A stretch of 64,000 nt of DNA, taken from NCBI GenBank assembly GCA_018645005.1, contig JABGPJ010000058.1, forward strand, positions 30,965 to 94,964, given 5' to 3'. Each line of letters begins with the position of its first letter. Position 1 is the first letter of the stretch. The notes under the pieces were generated by a model. The model was not told where the DNA came from, did not search any database, and saw nothing but the letters and a program-made list of their open reading frames with translations. Below, in pieces: positions 1 through 9,979 of the stretch. The DNA is from Deltaproteobacteria bacterium. GTDB taxonomy: Bacteria > SAR324 > XYD2-FULL-50-16. Both the position numbers and the translations under genes were made by a program.

Positions 1-767
1 ACGGCGTCCAAATATTGCCAATCGACAGTGAACACAATGCCATATTCCAGTCTTTACGAGACGAAAACCCGGATCATCTCGATCATATTACTTTGACTGC
101 TTCAGGCGGGCCATTCAGGACACTGCCCAAAACACGTTTCAAGGATATCACCCTTGAAGAAGCATTGAAACACCCCAACTGGGATATGGGGAAGAAGATC
201 ACGATTGATTCTGCCACCATGATGAATAAATGCCTTGAGATAATTGAGGCGAAGTGGTTGTTTCGAATCGATCCTAATCAGGTCAAGGTGTTGATCCATC
301 CACAATCCATTGTACATTCGATGGTTACATTCAAGGATGCGTCAACGATCAGCCAGATGGGAACACCTGATATGCGCATTCCGATTGCCAACTGTCTTGG
401 CTATCCTGACCGTATTATCTCAGGGAGCTCTTTTCTCAATCTCGCTGAGACCGGAACGCTTTCATTTGAAACGCCCGATTTGGATAAATTTTCCACTTTG
501 CGAATGGCATACGACGTTCTTGCACTGGGGGGTGGATCACCAGCTGCTCTCAACGGTGCCAATGAAGTTCTGGTCGATCTTTTTCTCAAAAAAAAGATTC
601 CTTTTATACGTATTTTTGAGGTGCTTTCTGACCTGGTGCAGCAACTGAAAAATCTTAAAAACAGTCTACAAACTAATGAAACTCCATACCTGTTCGAGAT
701 CAATCAGATTTCGGATGCAATGTCTGCAGATGGGTGGGGAAGAGATTTTGCGTTACAAGCAATTTAA
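1..767 (+). CDS. dxr: 1-deoxy-D-xylulose-5-phosphate reductoisomerase, C-terminal part (5' end is upstream of the window; frame begins at nt 3)
   Basis: The frame is open from the window edge. The translation GVQILPIDSEHNAIFQSL... carries the conserved DXR DSEHNAIFQ block and MNKCLEIIEAKWLF. Canonical dxr-rseP gene order. Confidence 0.9.
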   Translation, partial: GVQILPIDSEHNAIFQSLRDENPDHLDHITLTASGGPFRTLPKTRFKDITLEEALKHPNWDMGKKITIDSATMMNKCLEIIEAKWLFRIDPNQVKVLIHPQSIVHSMVTFKDASTISQMGTPDMRIPIANCLGYPDRIISGSSFLNLAETGTLSFETPDLDKFSTLRMAYDVLALGGGSPAALNGANEVLVDLFLKKKIPFIRIFEVLSDLVQQLKNLKNSLQTNETPYLFEINQISDAMSADGWGRDFALQAI

Positions 768-849
768 AATAGAGCTGGACCTTGCATCAGAATTTTTCAA
801 GACAGGCTCAGTATCAGCTGCATAATCTACATAATCGATCAAATACAAT

Positions 850-2139
850 ATGATTACAATTATTACCGTTATTTTGGTCTTAAGCTTCCTGATTTTCATA
901 CACGAACTGGGTCATTACCTTGCGTCGAAAGCTGTTGGTGTCAGGGTCATTGAATTTTCTATTGGTTTCCCACCCAAGATCATATCCAAGATTATCGGGC
1001 AAACAGAATATATGCTCTCGGCTATTCCCATTGGCGGGTATGTCAGACTTCATGGACAAAATATTGATGACGAAAACCCATCGGAAAAAGACAACTACGC
1101 TTCAAAATCGATTTTACAGCGGTTGACGATTCTACTGGCAGGTCCCTTGATGAATTTAGTGGTTGCGTTTGCCTTAATGCCCTTTGTGTATTTTATCGGT
1201 TATGACATACCAGCCTATATGTTAGCCCCCCCGGTCATAGGCAGCGTTATCGCCGGCAGTGAAGCCGACAAACTGGATATTCGCAAAAACGATCTGATCG
1301 TTGCCGTGAATGGAAATCCGGTAAAAACATGGCGGGAAACGCAAACCGAACTGACACGGAATCAAAATGAAATTATCAACCTGAATTTCAAACGGGATTT
1401 AGAGATTCTCGAACGGAATTTCAGTGCCAATTTATTGGAAAAGAAAGCTGGACTGGGGTGGACCGCAAAAATCGAACCCATTGTCGGCGAGCTGTCTCCT
1501 GAATCTCCTGCCACCCTGGCAGGCCTTTTACCAGGAGACAAAATCATTAAAATCGATGGGCAATCAATCGATAACTGGTCGGATATTTCACCTCAGTTAC
1601 AGAAAACAGACGGAAAAGAAGTGCTTCTCCGAATCAACAGAAAAGGCAGGACTTTCGACCTCCATATCACACCATCCTGGAACGAAAAGAACAATTATTG
1701 GATCATTGGAATTGGCAGTCAAAAATCCAGAGTGTCCGAATCTTTCAGCGATTCAGTTGTCAGCGGTACCCGGAGAGTGATCTTGATGTCAGATCGAACA
1801 TTGGAATTTCTGTATCAATTGATCTCCCTGCAAGCCGACACAGATTCAGTCGGCGGTCCAATCATGATCGTGCAAATGGTTGGGCAAGCTGCAGAAACCA
1901 ACTTTAGTAACTTGATCGCTCTGATCGCTTTTATCAGCCTCCAGTTTGCCATCTTTAACTTGCTACCGATCCCCGCACTCGACGGTGGCCACATCTTTTT
2001 TCTTGGACTTGAGAAGATTAAAGGAAGCGCATTGTCAAAGGGTTTTCGCTTAACAACCCAAAAAATAGGTTTTATGCTACTGATGTTTCTGATAATATAC
2101 ATCTCTGTGCAAGACGGATTAAGGCTATTCAGTCAATAA
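850..2139 (+). CDS. rseP: RIP (site-2) zinc metalloprotease RseP with PDZ domains
   Basis: HELGH zinc motif near the N-terminus (FIHELGHYLASK) and a second S2P motif NLLPIPALDGGH near the C-terminus. Multiple TM segments. Lies directly downstream of dxr. Confidence 0.9.
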   Translation: MITIITVILVLSFLIFIHELGHYLASKAVGVRVIEFSIGFPPKIISKIIGQTEYMLSAIPIGGYVRLHGQNIDDENPSEKDNYASKSILQRLTILLAGPLMNLVVAFALMPFVYFIGYDIPAYMLAPPVIGSVIAGSEADKLDIRKNDLIVAVNGNPVKTWRETQTELTRNQNEIINLNFKRDLEILERNFSANLLEKKAGLGWTAKIEPIVGELSPESPATLAGLLPGDKIIKIDGQSIDNWSDISPQLQKTDGKEVLLRINRKGRTFDLHITPSWNEKNNYWIIGIGSQKSRVSESFSDSVVSGTRRVILMSDRTLEFLYQLISLQADTDSVGGPIMIVQMVGQAAETNFSNLIALIAFISLQFAIFNLLPIPALDGGHIFFLGLEKIKGSALSKGFRLTTQKIGFMLLMFLIIYISVQDGLRLFSQ

Positions 2140-2272
2140 CAGACCTGTCGACATCGCTGATAGAAAGGTGTCCGGCCCTGACCGGAGATATTTTCTCTTT
2201 CTTTTCCTGCGGACATCTGCTATTAATAGGACCAATTTTTTTTGACATGCCTCGCTGTAAGGGAATTTTGCC

Positions 2273-3214
2273 ATGAAACAATATAATGTCTTAGTATACG
2301 GAACAGGCGCAGTTGGTATCTATTACGGCGGGAAGCTTTTCAAAGCCGGGTTTAACGTCGTTTTTGTCGACACGCCTGAAAAAACGGCTAAGTTGAACAA
2401 AACAGGCTTACATATACAATCGAAGATCGATCACGACTTCAGTTTTGAGCCCGTCATCGTCTCAGATTTAAAGGATCAACCCCCTCAGGACATTATCCTG
2501 GTCTGCGTCAAAGCATTCCAGACTTACGACATTGCCCTGAACCTCCTCCCGGTCGTAAAGCCGTCAACGATCACGATATCTCTACAAAATGGTCTGGAAA
2601 ACGAAAAGATTTTATCCGATATGCTGGGAAAAAATCTTGTCATTGGGGCAGTCCTGTTTTTCAATGGAGAACTACAAAACGACGCCACTGTTGTGCAGAA
2701 AGCACCGGGCAACATTGTTTTTGGAGAGCTCGATCACCAGCGGTCTGACCGTGAAGAGTGGCTCTCGGAGATATTGTCCCATGCAGATATCGATCACCGT
2801 ATTTCCAACTCAATAACTCACGAAATCTGGAAAAAGTTGATTTGGAATAACGCCTATAATGCTATCAGCGCGCTGACCCAAACGACTCTTGGACAGATAT
2901 ACCGGTTTGAAGAGATCCTACCCACCATTCGAAAAATGATGAATGAGGTCAAGCAAGTTGCAGCTGCCGAAGGAATAGAAATTTCAGGACAGACGATCGA
3001 TGAATTGATCAACCTGAATCCCAAATATGGTGATGTTAAAACCAGCATGCTCAAAGATATCGAGGCAAATCGAATGCCGGAAATCGAGCCGTTGGTGGGT
3101 GTTATTCTTCAGAAAGCAAAAAAACTTGGTATCTCGACACCCGTTAACCAGACAATTTATGAACTCATTCAACTCTCTCTCAGCCGAATCAACAAAGAGT
3201 CAGATGGGGAGTAA
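2273..3214 (+). CDS. panE: 2-dehydropantoate 2-reductase (ketopantoate reductase, ApbA/PanE family)
   Basis: N-terminal Rossmann motif VYGTGAVGIYYGGKL. The 313-aa length and a C-terminal helical domain with KxSMLxD-type motif (VKTSMLKDIE) are typical of PanE. Confidence 0.8.
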   Translation: MKQYNVLVYGTGAVGIYYGGKLFKAGFNVVFVDTPEKTAKLNKTGLHIQSKIDHDFSFEPVIVSDLKDQPPQDIILVCVKAFQTYDIALNLLPVVKPSTITISLQNGLENEKILSDMLGKNLVIGAVLFFNGELQNDATVVQKAPGNIVFGELDHQRSDREEWLSEILSHADIDHRISNSITHEIWKKLIWNNAYNAISALTQTTLGQIYRFEEILPTIRKMMNEVKQVAAAEGIEISGQTIDELINLNPKYGDVKTSMLKDIEANRMPEIEPLVGVILQKAKKLGISTPVNQTIYELIQLSLSRINKESDGE

Positions 3215-3262
3215 ATAAACATACACCAGATCAGAAAAACGATTGAAAAAAAGCCAGATGAA

Positions 3263-4057
3263 ATGGAATCAATGGACTGGAAGAACCTGAACACCTATTT
3301 TAAAAATATCCCTACCGGATTTATCAGCGACCTTTTCGAAGACTGTGCATACCCCTGGACCCCTTTGTCCCGCCTCCGTAAAAGTATTGAAGCGTTTTTC
3401 GAAAACAAACGTGCTTCTGGTAATATAAGAGGGGAAAAAGCAGTCATTTTCAAGAATCAAACAGATTTTATTGAAGGTGCATACCACATTACACAGTCGG
3501 GTATTCTGACTGAAGATTTTGTGGATATAGAGCTCAGAATCTACATTGGATCGGGAAGCTTTGTGGAAGCTGGCGCAACGATTAAGAATCATACGATCAT
3601 CGAGAGAAATTGTGAAATCAGGCAGGGAGCGTACATCCGGGGCTTCGTTTTTGTTGGTGAAGGTTCCGTCGTCGGTCACACAACAGAGATGAAGAACAGC
3701 GTTTTTATTAAACACGTTGAAGCCGGACATTTTGCTTATATCGGCGATAGTATCGTCGGATCATATGTCAACCTGGGTGCGGGAACAAAAATATCGAATC
3801 TTGAATTTCGTTCCCTCTCTGCAAAGAAAAATGAACATTTTCCACAGATTCCATTCAGAGCAGACAAAAAAGCAATCACAACCGATCTCTCAAAGTTCGG
3901 TGCAATTATTGGTGATGGTTGCGAAACAGGGTGTAATTCCGTGCTCTGTCCCTTCGTTTTGTTGGCGCCTGAATGCTGGATCATGCCCTGTCATTGTGTC
4001 TTAAAGGGCATTTACGCAAAGGGATCGATTATAAGAAACAGACAATCCAAACAATAA
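3263..4057 (+). CDS. Hexapeptide-repeat (left-handed beta-helix) transferase-family protein
   Basis: Long run of imperfect hexapeptide repeats (IGSGSFVEAGATIKNHTIIERNCEIRQGAYIRGFVFVGEGSVVGH...IGDSIVGSYVNLGAGTKISN). Substrate is not inferable. Confidence 0.6.
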   Translation: MESMDWKNLNTYFKNIPTGFISDLFEDCAYPWTPLSRLRKSIEAFFENKRASGNIRGEKAVIFKNQTDFIEGAYHITQSGILTEDFVDIELRIYIGSGSFVEAGATIKNHTIIERNCEIRQGAYIRGFVFVGEGSVVGHTTEMKNSVFIKHVEAGHFAYIGDSIVGSYVNLGAGTKISNLEFRSLSAKKNEHFPQIPFRADKKAITTDLSKFGAIIGDGCETGCNSVLCPFVLLAPECWIMPCHCVLKGIYAKGSIIRNRQSKQ

Positions 4058-4391
4058 AACATTACCTTAAGCGCACAGCTCTTCCTGTTTTAGGATTGTT
4101 TCTATTGGATTTCAAATAACAACTATTCTGCCCCTGTCCTGCCAAATGGGTGCAACAGAATTGGCAGGTACGAATGAATTGAGGAAACTGGTAGAGTTCT
4201 TGCTTAAACACGCAGGTAGTTTGTATAATTAAAGATCGCTGATCATCACCCCGATTCAACCCGGTTTATACGATACAACAATTCAGTACAGTCCGCTGAG
4301 GAACAACGAACGACCTCTAAACGTATTGCGGCCCATAGAGACCGCATGACAAAAACAGACTTATTTTTGATGACCTTTAACTGGAAAACCT

Positions 4392-5372
4392 ATGGATTTT
4401 AATTCGCTGCTGATAAATATCCCTTTGGCACTGCTCTCCATCGTCCTATTATGGAAGGGATCCGATTGGGTTGTGACCTCTGCTTCAAAATTCGCTCATG
4501 CCTGGGGAATTTCGGATCTGGTCATTGGGCTGACGATCGTTGCCATCGGAACTTCGGCTCCTGAATTTGCGGTCACGATTAGTGCCGTTCTCACCGGAAA
4601 GGCTGATATTTCTGTCAGTAATATTGTCGGCTCCAATATCTTTAATTTAGGGTTTATTCTGGGAGGCACAGCCAGTTTCTATGCCATCGCAACAACACCA
4701 AAACTGGTTTATCGGGATGGCTTTTTCCTGATCGGTGTGACCATACTACTCAGTTTTTTTCTTTTCGACTTTCAACTCCTGCAATTTGACAAACCGATCA
4801 CGAACGGTGTCATGACACGTTGGGAAGGAGCTACGCTGCTGACACTGCTCATTGTGTATATGACATACCTGTTCTTTAAAAGAGAAGATTTGGGTGAAGA
4901 GATATCCCATGAAAAAGCATCCTGGAAAGATGGTTTACTTCTGATCGCTGGTCTTGCATCTGTTGTATATGGTGGTCATCTGTTGGTGGAATCGGCTTCG
5001 ACGGTCGCCAGATTTTTTGGGGTCTCTGATTGGGTCATCGGTGTGACTATCGTTGCAGCAGGAACATCAGCCCCTGAACTGGCAACCTCCATCACGGCGC
5101 TGCTCAGAGGTAAAAGCGGCATGGCCATTGGCAATCTGATTGGTAGCGATCTTTTTAATCTGCTTGGCGTTCTGGGTCTGGCTGCCATTCTCAAACATCC
5201 GTTAAACGTCTCTCTAGAGGCACGGAGTAGCATGATCATGCTGGTACTGATGGTCATGCTTGTTGTTTATTTTATGCGTTCTGGATGGAAAATAACCCGA
5301 CTTCAAGGTTTCTCACTGGTCATTATCAACCTCGTTCGCTGGGTCTTCGATTTTATGGGGAAAGCCGGGTAA
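4392..5372 (+). CDS. CaCA-family cation (Ca2+/Na+) antiporter, YrbG-like
   Basis: Two alpha-repeat signatures, GTSAPEFAVT and GTSAPELATS, in the two halves of a polytopic membrane protein of 326 aa. Confidence 0.85.
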   Translation: MDFNSLLINIPLALLSIVLLWKGSDWVVTSASKFAHAWGISDLVIGLTIVAIGTSAPEFAVTISAVLTGKADISVSNIVGSNIFNLGFILGGTASFYAIATTPKLVYRDGFFLIGVTILLSFFLFDFQLLQFDKPITNGVMTRWEGATLLTLLIVYMTYLFFKREDLGEEISHEKASWKDGLLLIAGLASVVYGGHLLVESASTVARFFGVSDWVIGVTIVAAGTSAPELATSITALLRGKSGMAIGNLIGSDLFNLLGVLGLAAILKHPLNVSLEARSSMIMLVLMVMLVVYFMRSGWKITRLQGFSLVIINLVRWVFDFMGKAG

Positions 5373-5424
5373 TTCGCACAATTCTCTGAAGACCGGCATC
5401 AACACCGTTTTAGCCAAATATACC

Positions 5425-6330
5425 ATGCCCTTTTCACTCAATATCCCACAAAACACCCCTGCCCCTAAAAAACCGTGGCCTAAACGATTTCCTGTTTTAC
5501 TGCCTCTCTTCGTTTTTCTACTTCTAATTATTGGGTATTCGTTACTCAACCGATCCGTTGCCCCTCCGTTGATCGGTATTATACCCATCGAAGGTGTTAT
5601 ACTTGAATCTGAAACGATCATTAAAAAAATCAGAGAGCTGGAAACCAATCCACAGGTAAAAGGGATCATTGTACATATTAACAGCCCAGGTGGCGCAGTT
5701 GCCCCCTCACAGGAAATTTTTTCCGAACTCATTCGCATTAAGTCCACAAAAAAAGTATACGCCTCATTATCGTCCGTTGCTGCATCAGGTGGATATTATA
5801 TCGCCATCGGCGCTGAGAAGATCTATGCAAACCCCGGATCATTAACCGGAAGTATCGGTGTGATCATGCAATCATTCAATGTTCAGAAGCTCATGAATCG
5901 ATTGGGCATTAACGTGGAAATTATTAAGTCAGGTGAAAACAAGGATATAGGATCTGCATTTCGTTCAATGAAAATGGCGGAACGTAAATTGCTAGAATCG
6001 GTATTAGAAGACACACACAGACAATTTGTGAATGCCGTCCTTGAAAACAGGCCCATCGCTACAGACAGAATGCGGTTTCTTGCTGATGGTCGGATTTTTT
6101 CCGGCAAACAAGCGCTGCAACATGGTCTGATTGATGGACTGGCCGGTTTTCGTGAAACCGTAGAAGAAATGAGAAATGCACTGGGGATTACAGAAGCGGT
6201 GCAACTTTATTATCCATTAGACAAAAAGGATGCAATCCTGTCTATGCTTGATTTGGAATCAATTTTCCCGATCAAAAAGACGTTTACCTACACAGGTTTG
6301 TTTTATCTGGGATCATTCCTTAATTATTAA
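5425..6330 (+). CDS. sppA: Signal peptide peptidase SppA, 36K type (S49 family)
   Basis: N-terminal TM anchor, INSPGGAVAPSQEI and SVAASGGYYIA blocks typical of the S49 ClpP/crotonase fold. 301 aa. Confidence 0.85.
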   Translation: MPFSLNIPQNTPAPKKPWPKRFPVLLPLFVFLLLIIGYSLLNRSVAPPLIGIIPIEGVILESETIIKKIRELETNPQVKGIIVHINSPGGAVAPSQEIFSELIRIKSTKKVYASLSSVAASGGYYIAIGAEKIYANPGSLTGSIGVIMQSFNVQKLMNRLGINVEIIKSGENKDIGSAFRSMKMAERKLLESVLEDTHRQFVNAVLENRPIATDRMRFLADGRIFSGKQALQHGLIDGLAGFRETVEEMRNALGITEAVQLYYPLDKKDAILSMLDLESIFPIKKTFTYTGLFYLGSFLNY

Positions 6331-6366
6331 TTACACCTGGCAGCAAATAGTTCCTATCATCTATTC

Positions 6367-7164
6367 ATGAACAAGAGCTCAACGGCCAATCTGAACGTCA
6401 CTTTTCTGGGTTGCTCAAAGGATCCGATCGAAATTTTATATTCCTCTTCCAAGATCAGGCAATCTCCTGATGATGCCGCGAAAATCTGGCAACAGATACA
6501 AAGTGGTGAGATAACTCGAGAGGCCATGGTCAATTATGCGGCCAAAAATTTAGGGAGTAATTATCAAACCCCGCTGAAGCAGGCACAGTTCTTATTTGTT
6601 GTAGATAATATTAGTCAGATAGGCACCTCTTATTTTAATCGACAACAAATTGAATCAGACAAAAACAATATTGCCCAAAGTTACCTGGAGTTACAAAACA
6701 AGGATCAAACTGCTGTGACCCCGCCATCATTTCAAGTCAATCCCGAACTTTTAGAAAAATGGTCCAATCTGCAGACGGATATTGTCGCATTTTACAATTA
6801 CTGTCGTGATCAGGGCGTTGAAGCGGATGATGCAGGATTCGCTTTACCTCGAGGGCTCCGATGTCGTGAGCAAATATCCATGAGCTTCCAGACGATGCAA
6901 CGATTTCTCGATCAGAAAATGTGCGAAAAAATCCAGTGGGAAATAAATGAGTTAAGCTGGCAGATTTTTCAGATTATGAAAAAAGAATTTCCAACACTGG
7001 CGAAAAGGCTAGGGATAAAGTGCTGGGAAAACCGTAATCTTTTTTGTGATGAACCTCATCAAATATATGAATCCTGCAAATGGCACAGATCCAGACCCCA
7101 TAAAGATGATTTGAACAGTCTTTGGGCCAGGGAAAACAATTTGACCTCACAGGCTGTCATGTAA
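6367..7164 (+). CDS. ThyX-fold (flavin-dependent thymidylate synthase-like) protein with degenerate catalytic motif
   Basis: Aligns by eye to ThyX blocks. TPLKQAQFLFVVDNISQIGTSYFNRQQIESDKNNIAQSY corresponds to TPFEHxxFTFxVxxxxxxxxQxxRHRxxSxxxxSxRY. DAGFALPRGL...FLDQKMCEKIQWEINELSWQI corresponds to ARxxLPxxL...FLxxRxxxxAQWEIrxxA. Confidence 0.6.
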   Translation: MNKSSTANLNVTFLGCSKDPIEILYSSSKIRQSPDDAAKIWQQIQSGEITREAMVNYAAKNLGSNYQTPLKQAQFLFVVDNISQIGTSYFNRQQIESDKNNIAQSYLELQNKDQTAVTPPSFQVNPELLEKWSNLQTDIVAFYNYCRDQGVEADDAGFALPRGLRCREQISMSFQTMQRFLDQKMCEKIQWEINELSWQIFQIMKKEFPTLAKRLGIKCWENRNLFCDEPHQIYESCKWHRSRPHKDDLNSLWARENNLTSQAVM

Positions 7165-7305
7165 CCCCCACCTTAAGTCCGATACCCTCTTAATTATATG
7201 TCTCCGGAATCCGTGCTATTGAAATAGATTAGATTGTTGGTACGTTTTTTGAATTATAGTTACCAACTCGTTTTTATTCCAATCACCCCTTACAAAGGAG
7301 ACAAG

Positions 7306-7563
7306 ATGTTTGTTCAGGCTTTGAGAAAGGTGGCAACGCAATTGGAATATTTGACTCAGTACAGCATTACATTGGAACGTGCTTTGGATCTGCTGGAGAC
7401 GTCAACACAGGACCTGGAAGAGATAGTTGCCATCAATACTATGAGGGAAAGCATGGGGGAGCTGCATGATATCGTAAGAATCAGTAAACAGCTGGACCCA
7501 GAAATGATTTTTTCATCTGATATAACTAAGAAACAAACCACGAAAATTTTATACCATGCCTAA
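7306..7563 (+). CDS. Hypothetical small protein (85 aa from the internal ATG)
   Basis: The ORF track gives 7234..7563. The ATG at 7306 is preceded by a good RBS (AAGGAGA). No recognisable motif. Confidence 0.4.
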   Translation: MFVQALRKVATQLEYLTQYSITLERALDLLETSTQDLEEIVAINTMRESMGELHDIVRISKQLDPEMIFSSDITKKQTTKILYHA

Positions 7564-7630
7564 AACCCGGAATATCGTTTTCATAAACTCTATTTCTGCT
7601 AAGGGATTGATCATATAAATTATTTTTTGG

Positions 7631-8359
7631 TCAATCCTCATTCACGTAGTCAACTACCCTCTCTTTGAAAAACTTCCGCGCCTTCGACAGATAATCTTGG
7701 TCCTTGTGCTCCATCACAATCTTCACCTTTACCGCATCCCCTACATAACACGGGTACGAACCCAGCTTTAAATCAGGAAACTGCGCTAGTGTCTGTTCCA
7801 GGTATTCCGTAATTTCGCCTTCATCCGCAACGAGATTGATTTCTGCAACCGGATTGACAACCCCTTGAAACCGGTCTTTGATCAAGAGGAATATAGCCCG
7901 GAGAAATTCAGGCACACCAGGAAATATGGTTATATTTCTGAACTGTAAAACCGGAATATGTGGTCGTGAAGTTTTCAGCAGCATCGTACCCTCAGGCACT
8001 CGGGCCATACGCATATGTTCAGGCGTGCAATTGGCGCCATACATTTTTTTAATCCGATTTTCAATCTCTGTATGGGTAATCAACGGAACCTTGAACCCCA
8101 GAGCCAGACTTTCCATAGTGATATCGTCCGGTGTAGGACCGATACCACCGGAGGTAAACACCCAGGTGACCTGTCTGGAATACTCCAGGGCGATTCTGCT
8201 GATGATCTCTTTTTCATCGGGAATCGTCAGGCAATATTTAACGTTCACGCCTTGAGAAGCCAACTGTTTTATTAAAAAAGGCGAATTCTGATCCTCATAT
8301 CTGCCGGACAGGATTTCATCTCCAATAATAATAATTGCTGCTGTATTTTCCTGAGTCAT
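7631..8359 (-). CDS. CinA-like / MoCF-biosynthesis (molybdopterin-binding) domain protein
   Basis: IIIIGDEILSGRYEDQNSPFL... and TSGGIGPTPDDIT are hallmark motifs of the MoaB/MogA/CinA N-terminal domain. Confidence 0.75.
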   Translation of the reverse strand: MTQENTAAIIIIGDEILSGRYEDQNSPFLIKQLASQGVNVKYCLTIPDEKEIISRIALEYSRQVTWVFTSGGIGPTPDDITMESLALGFKVPLITHTEIENRIKKMYGANCTPEHMRMARVPEGTMLLKTSRPHIPVLQFRNITIFPGVPEFLRAIFLLIKDRFQGVVNPVAEINLVADEGEITEYLEQTLAQFPDLKLGSYPCYVGDAVKVKIVMEHKDQDYLSKARKFFKERVVDYVNED

Positions 8360-8514
8360 TTAACAATCCAAAAATAGGTAACTCACCTCGATTTCTCCAA
8401 CTACATTTCACAGTTCCTTTCATCTTGTCATACATGCCATGGTGGTCGGCCTGCAAACCTGTTACCTGGTGGCATCACTCTTCCAAATAACTCGCCCGGA
8501 CAGATCGGCCATGT

Positions 8515-8530
8515 TGGTTGGGAAATTGCA
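8515..8530 (+). promoter_or_regulatory. Candidate sigma-54 (-24/-12) promoter upstream of the beta-barrel protein gene
   Basis: TGGTTGGGAAATTGCA has GG and TTGCA at the consensus TGGCACG-N4-TTGCW spacing. Lies 83 nt upstream of the start at 8613. Pattern match only. Confidence 0.3.
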
Positions 8531-8612
8531 TGATATACCAGCATATGACCTACTATCGCTGGTTATATTATGTGTAATGCATCCTAGAGCAACATAATTA
8601 ACACGATTTCCT

Positions 8613-9689
8613 GTGAAACTCAAAAGATTTCTTTACATCATTTTCATTATAATACTGGCTCAGTCCGCTATTGCAGAGTCAAGAGGCGTATTGGAACGAC
8701 CTTTGATGATCGGGCCCCAATACCCGTTGATTTTCATGAGTACCGCTTTTGAACCAGACAGTGCCTTCCTGTTACCGGAAGGAGAGATGTTTTTTCAGAC
8801 CTCCTATTCTATCACTAACACTTGGGGACACAGCGACAATGCGATCAGGGATGAAAACGGCATCAACTTTAGTGAAACTGATTCAGATGGCTATTCTCTT
8901 TATTTTGATGGAGAGATCGAAAGACGCTTTTTAAAATTCCATTACGGTTTCAATGATTCAATCGAGTTTCAGTATATATACAGAGAGATCCGGCTCACTC
9001 CAGGAAGTCTGGATGGATTAGTTGAAAATTTTCACGAATCTATTAATGTCGGCAATGCAGGTAGAGAGAGTACTGCAAGGGATCAACTGGAGATTTATAT
9101 ATATGATAATAAGAACAATCGTATAGTGACCAAATTGACCCAACCCACTAACGATTTTCACCAGGAATCTATGCAGTTGGGTCTCAAATTTTTAGTCAGG
9201 GAAACGGCTAATGAGGCTATCTCCATTTCATTGACATCAAATTTCAGCGATCATTACATTGAAAGGGGGATGAACGAAGCGACGAGCGATGCACAGTCAG
9301 AAAAACACGTGGAGTTCAATGATTTTATGGCGACCATACGCTACACATCGATTTTCCCATTATGGACTCTTCATGTAGGATCTTCCATTGCCTTTGTGAG
9401 CGACACCTTGTTGGATAACTCTCCAGAGGAACTGTACTACTTTTTTGCAGCTTCAAATTGGCATATAACCGAAAACTGGGACCTTCTTTTTCAGGTTCTT
9501 GAGTATTCCAGTCCTTTTCCGAATGACAACAGATCCTCTTTAAGTGAAGATATCAGGGAGATAACCATGGGACTTCGCTGGTTAATAGGTAGTCAATTCG
9601 CGTTAGAAAGCGGTTTTGTTGAAAACCAGAGTCAGGGGCCCCAGAATATTGATATCATGTTTTTCTTCAATACCATGTTTAATTTTTGA
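8613..9689 (+). CDS. Predicted outer-membrane beta-barrel protein (possibly DUF3187-like)
   Basis: GTG start, signal peptide (IFIIILAQSAIA/ES), alternating beta-strand-like pattern, and an aromatic C-terminus ...FFFNTMFNF typical of BAM substrates. Confidence 0.5.
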   Translation: MKLKRFLYIIFIIILAQSAIAESRGVLERPLMIGPQYPLIFMSTAFEPDSAFLLPEGEMFFQTSYSITNTWGHSDNAIRDENGINFSETDSDGYSLYFDGEIERRFLKFHYGFNDSIEFQYIYREIRLTPGSLDGLVENFHESINVGNAGRESTARDQLEIYIYDNKNNRIVTKLTQPTNDFHQESMQLGLKFLVRETANEAISISLTSNFSDHYIERGMNEATSDAQSEKHVEFNDFMATIRYTSIFPLWTLHVGSSIAFVSDTLLDNSPEELYYFFAASNWHITENWDLLFQVLEYSSPFPNDNRSSLSEDIREITMGLRWLIGSQFALESGFVENQSQGPQNIDIMFFFNTMFNF

Positions 9690-9979
9690 TCAAAATATCA
9701 TGACTTGACTTCTGACGTTTACAACATATCAAATTTGATTGATTATAAAGAAGGACAAACCTACTATTTTCAACGAATAACGCATATCTTGAATTTGCGC
9801 ATACATTTTATGGCAGTCTGAGTCAATCTCGATTTTGTAAACAGTTCACGGGGGATTCTTGCAGAGTTAAAAGAAACAGTCCTTGGTTGTGGGTACTATT
9901 TTTCATGAGAGCGCACAATGGGGAATCGACACCCCTTCCTTCGATTATTGACGGATTTTAGCAACGTATAAACAGCAGT

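Noticed and set aside
4138-4168. 8-bp stem-loop (CCTGCCAA-N15-TTGGCAGG) in the 334-bp leader of the cation antiporter gene; considered as a metal riboswitch
   Set aside because: I see no resemblance to the yybP-ykoY or other cation riboswitch cores that I know. An isolated hairpin is insufficient.
5313-5747. 144-aa minus-strand ORF spanning the antiporter/sppA junction
   Set aside because: It overlaps two well-supported + strand genes and has no motif or RBS.
9690-9979. Possible lysine riboswitch or leader upstream of aspartate kinase
   Set aside because: Aspartokinase genes are often preceded by L-box riboswitches. I found only a GAGAGCGC fragment and short hairpins. The conserved L-box core elements (AGAGGNGC ... 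GCCGAAG ... CUGG ... UGUCA over about 180 nt) are absent.
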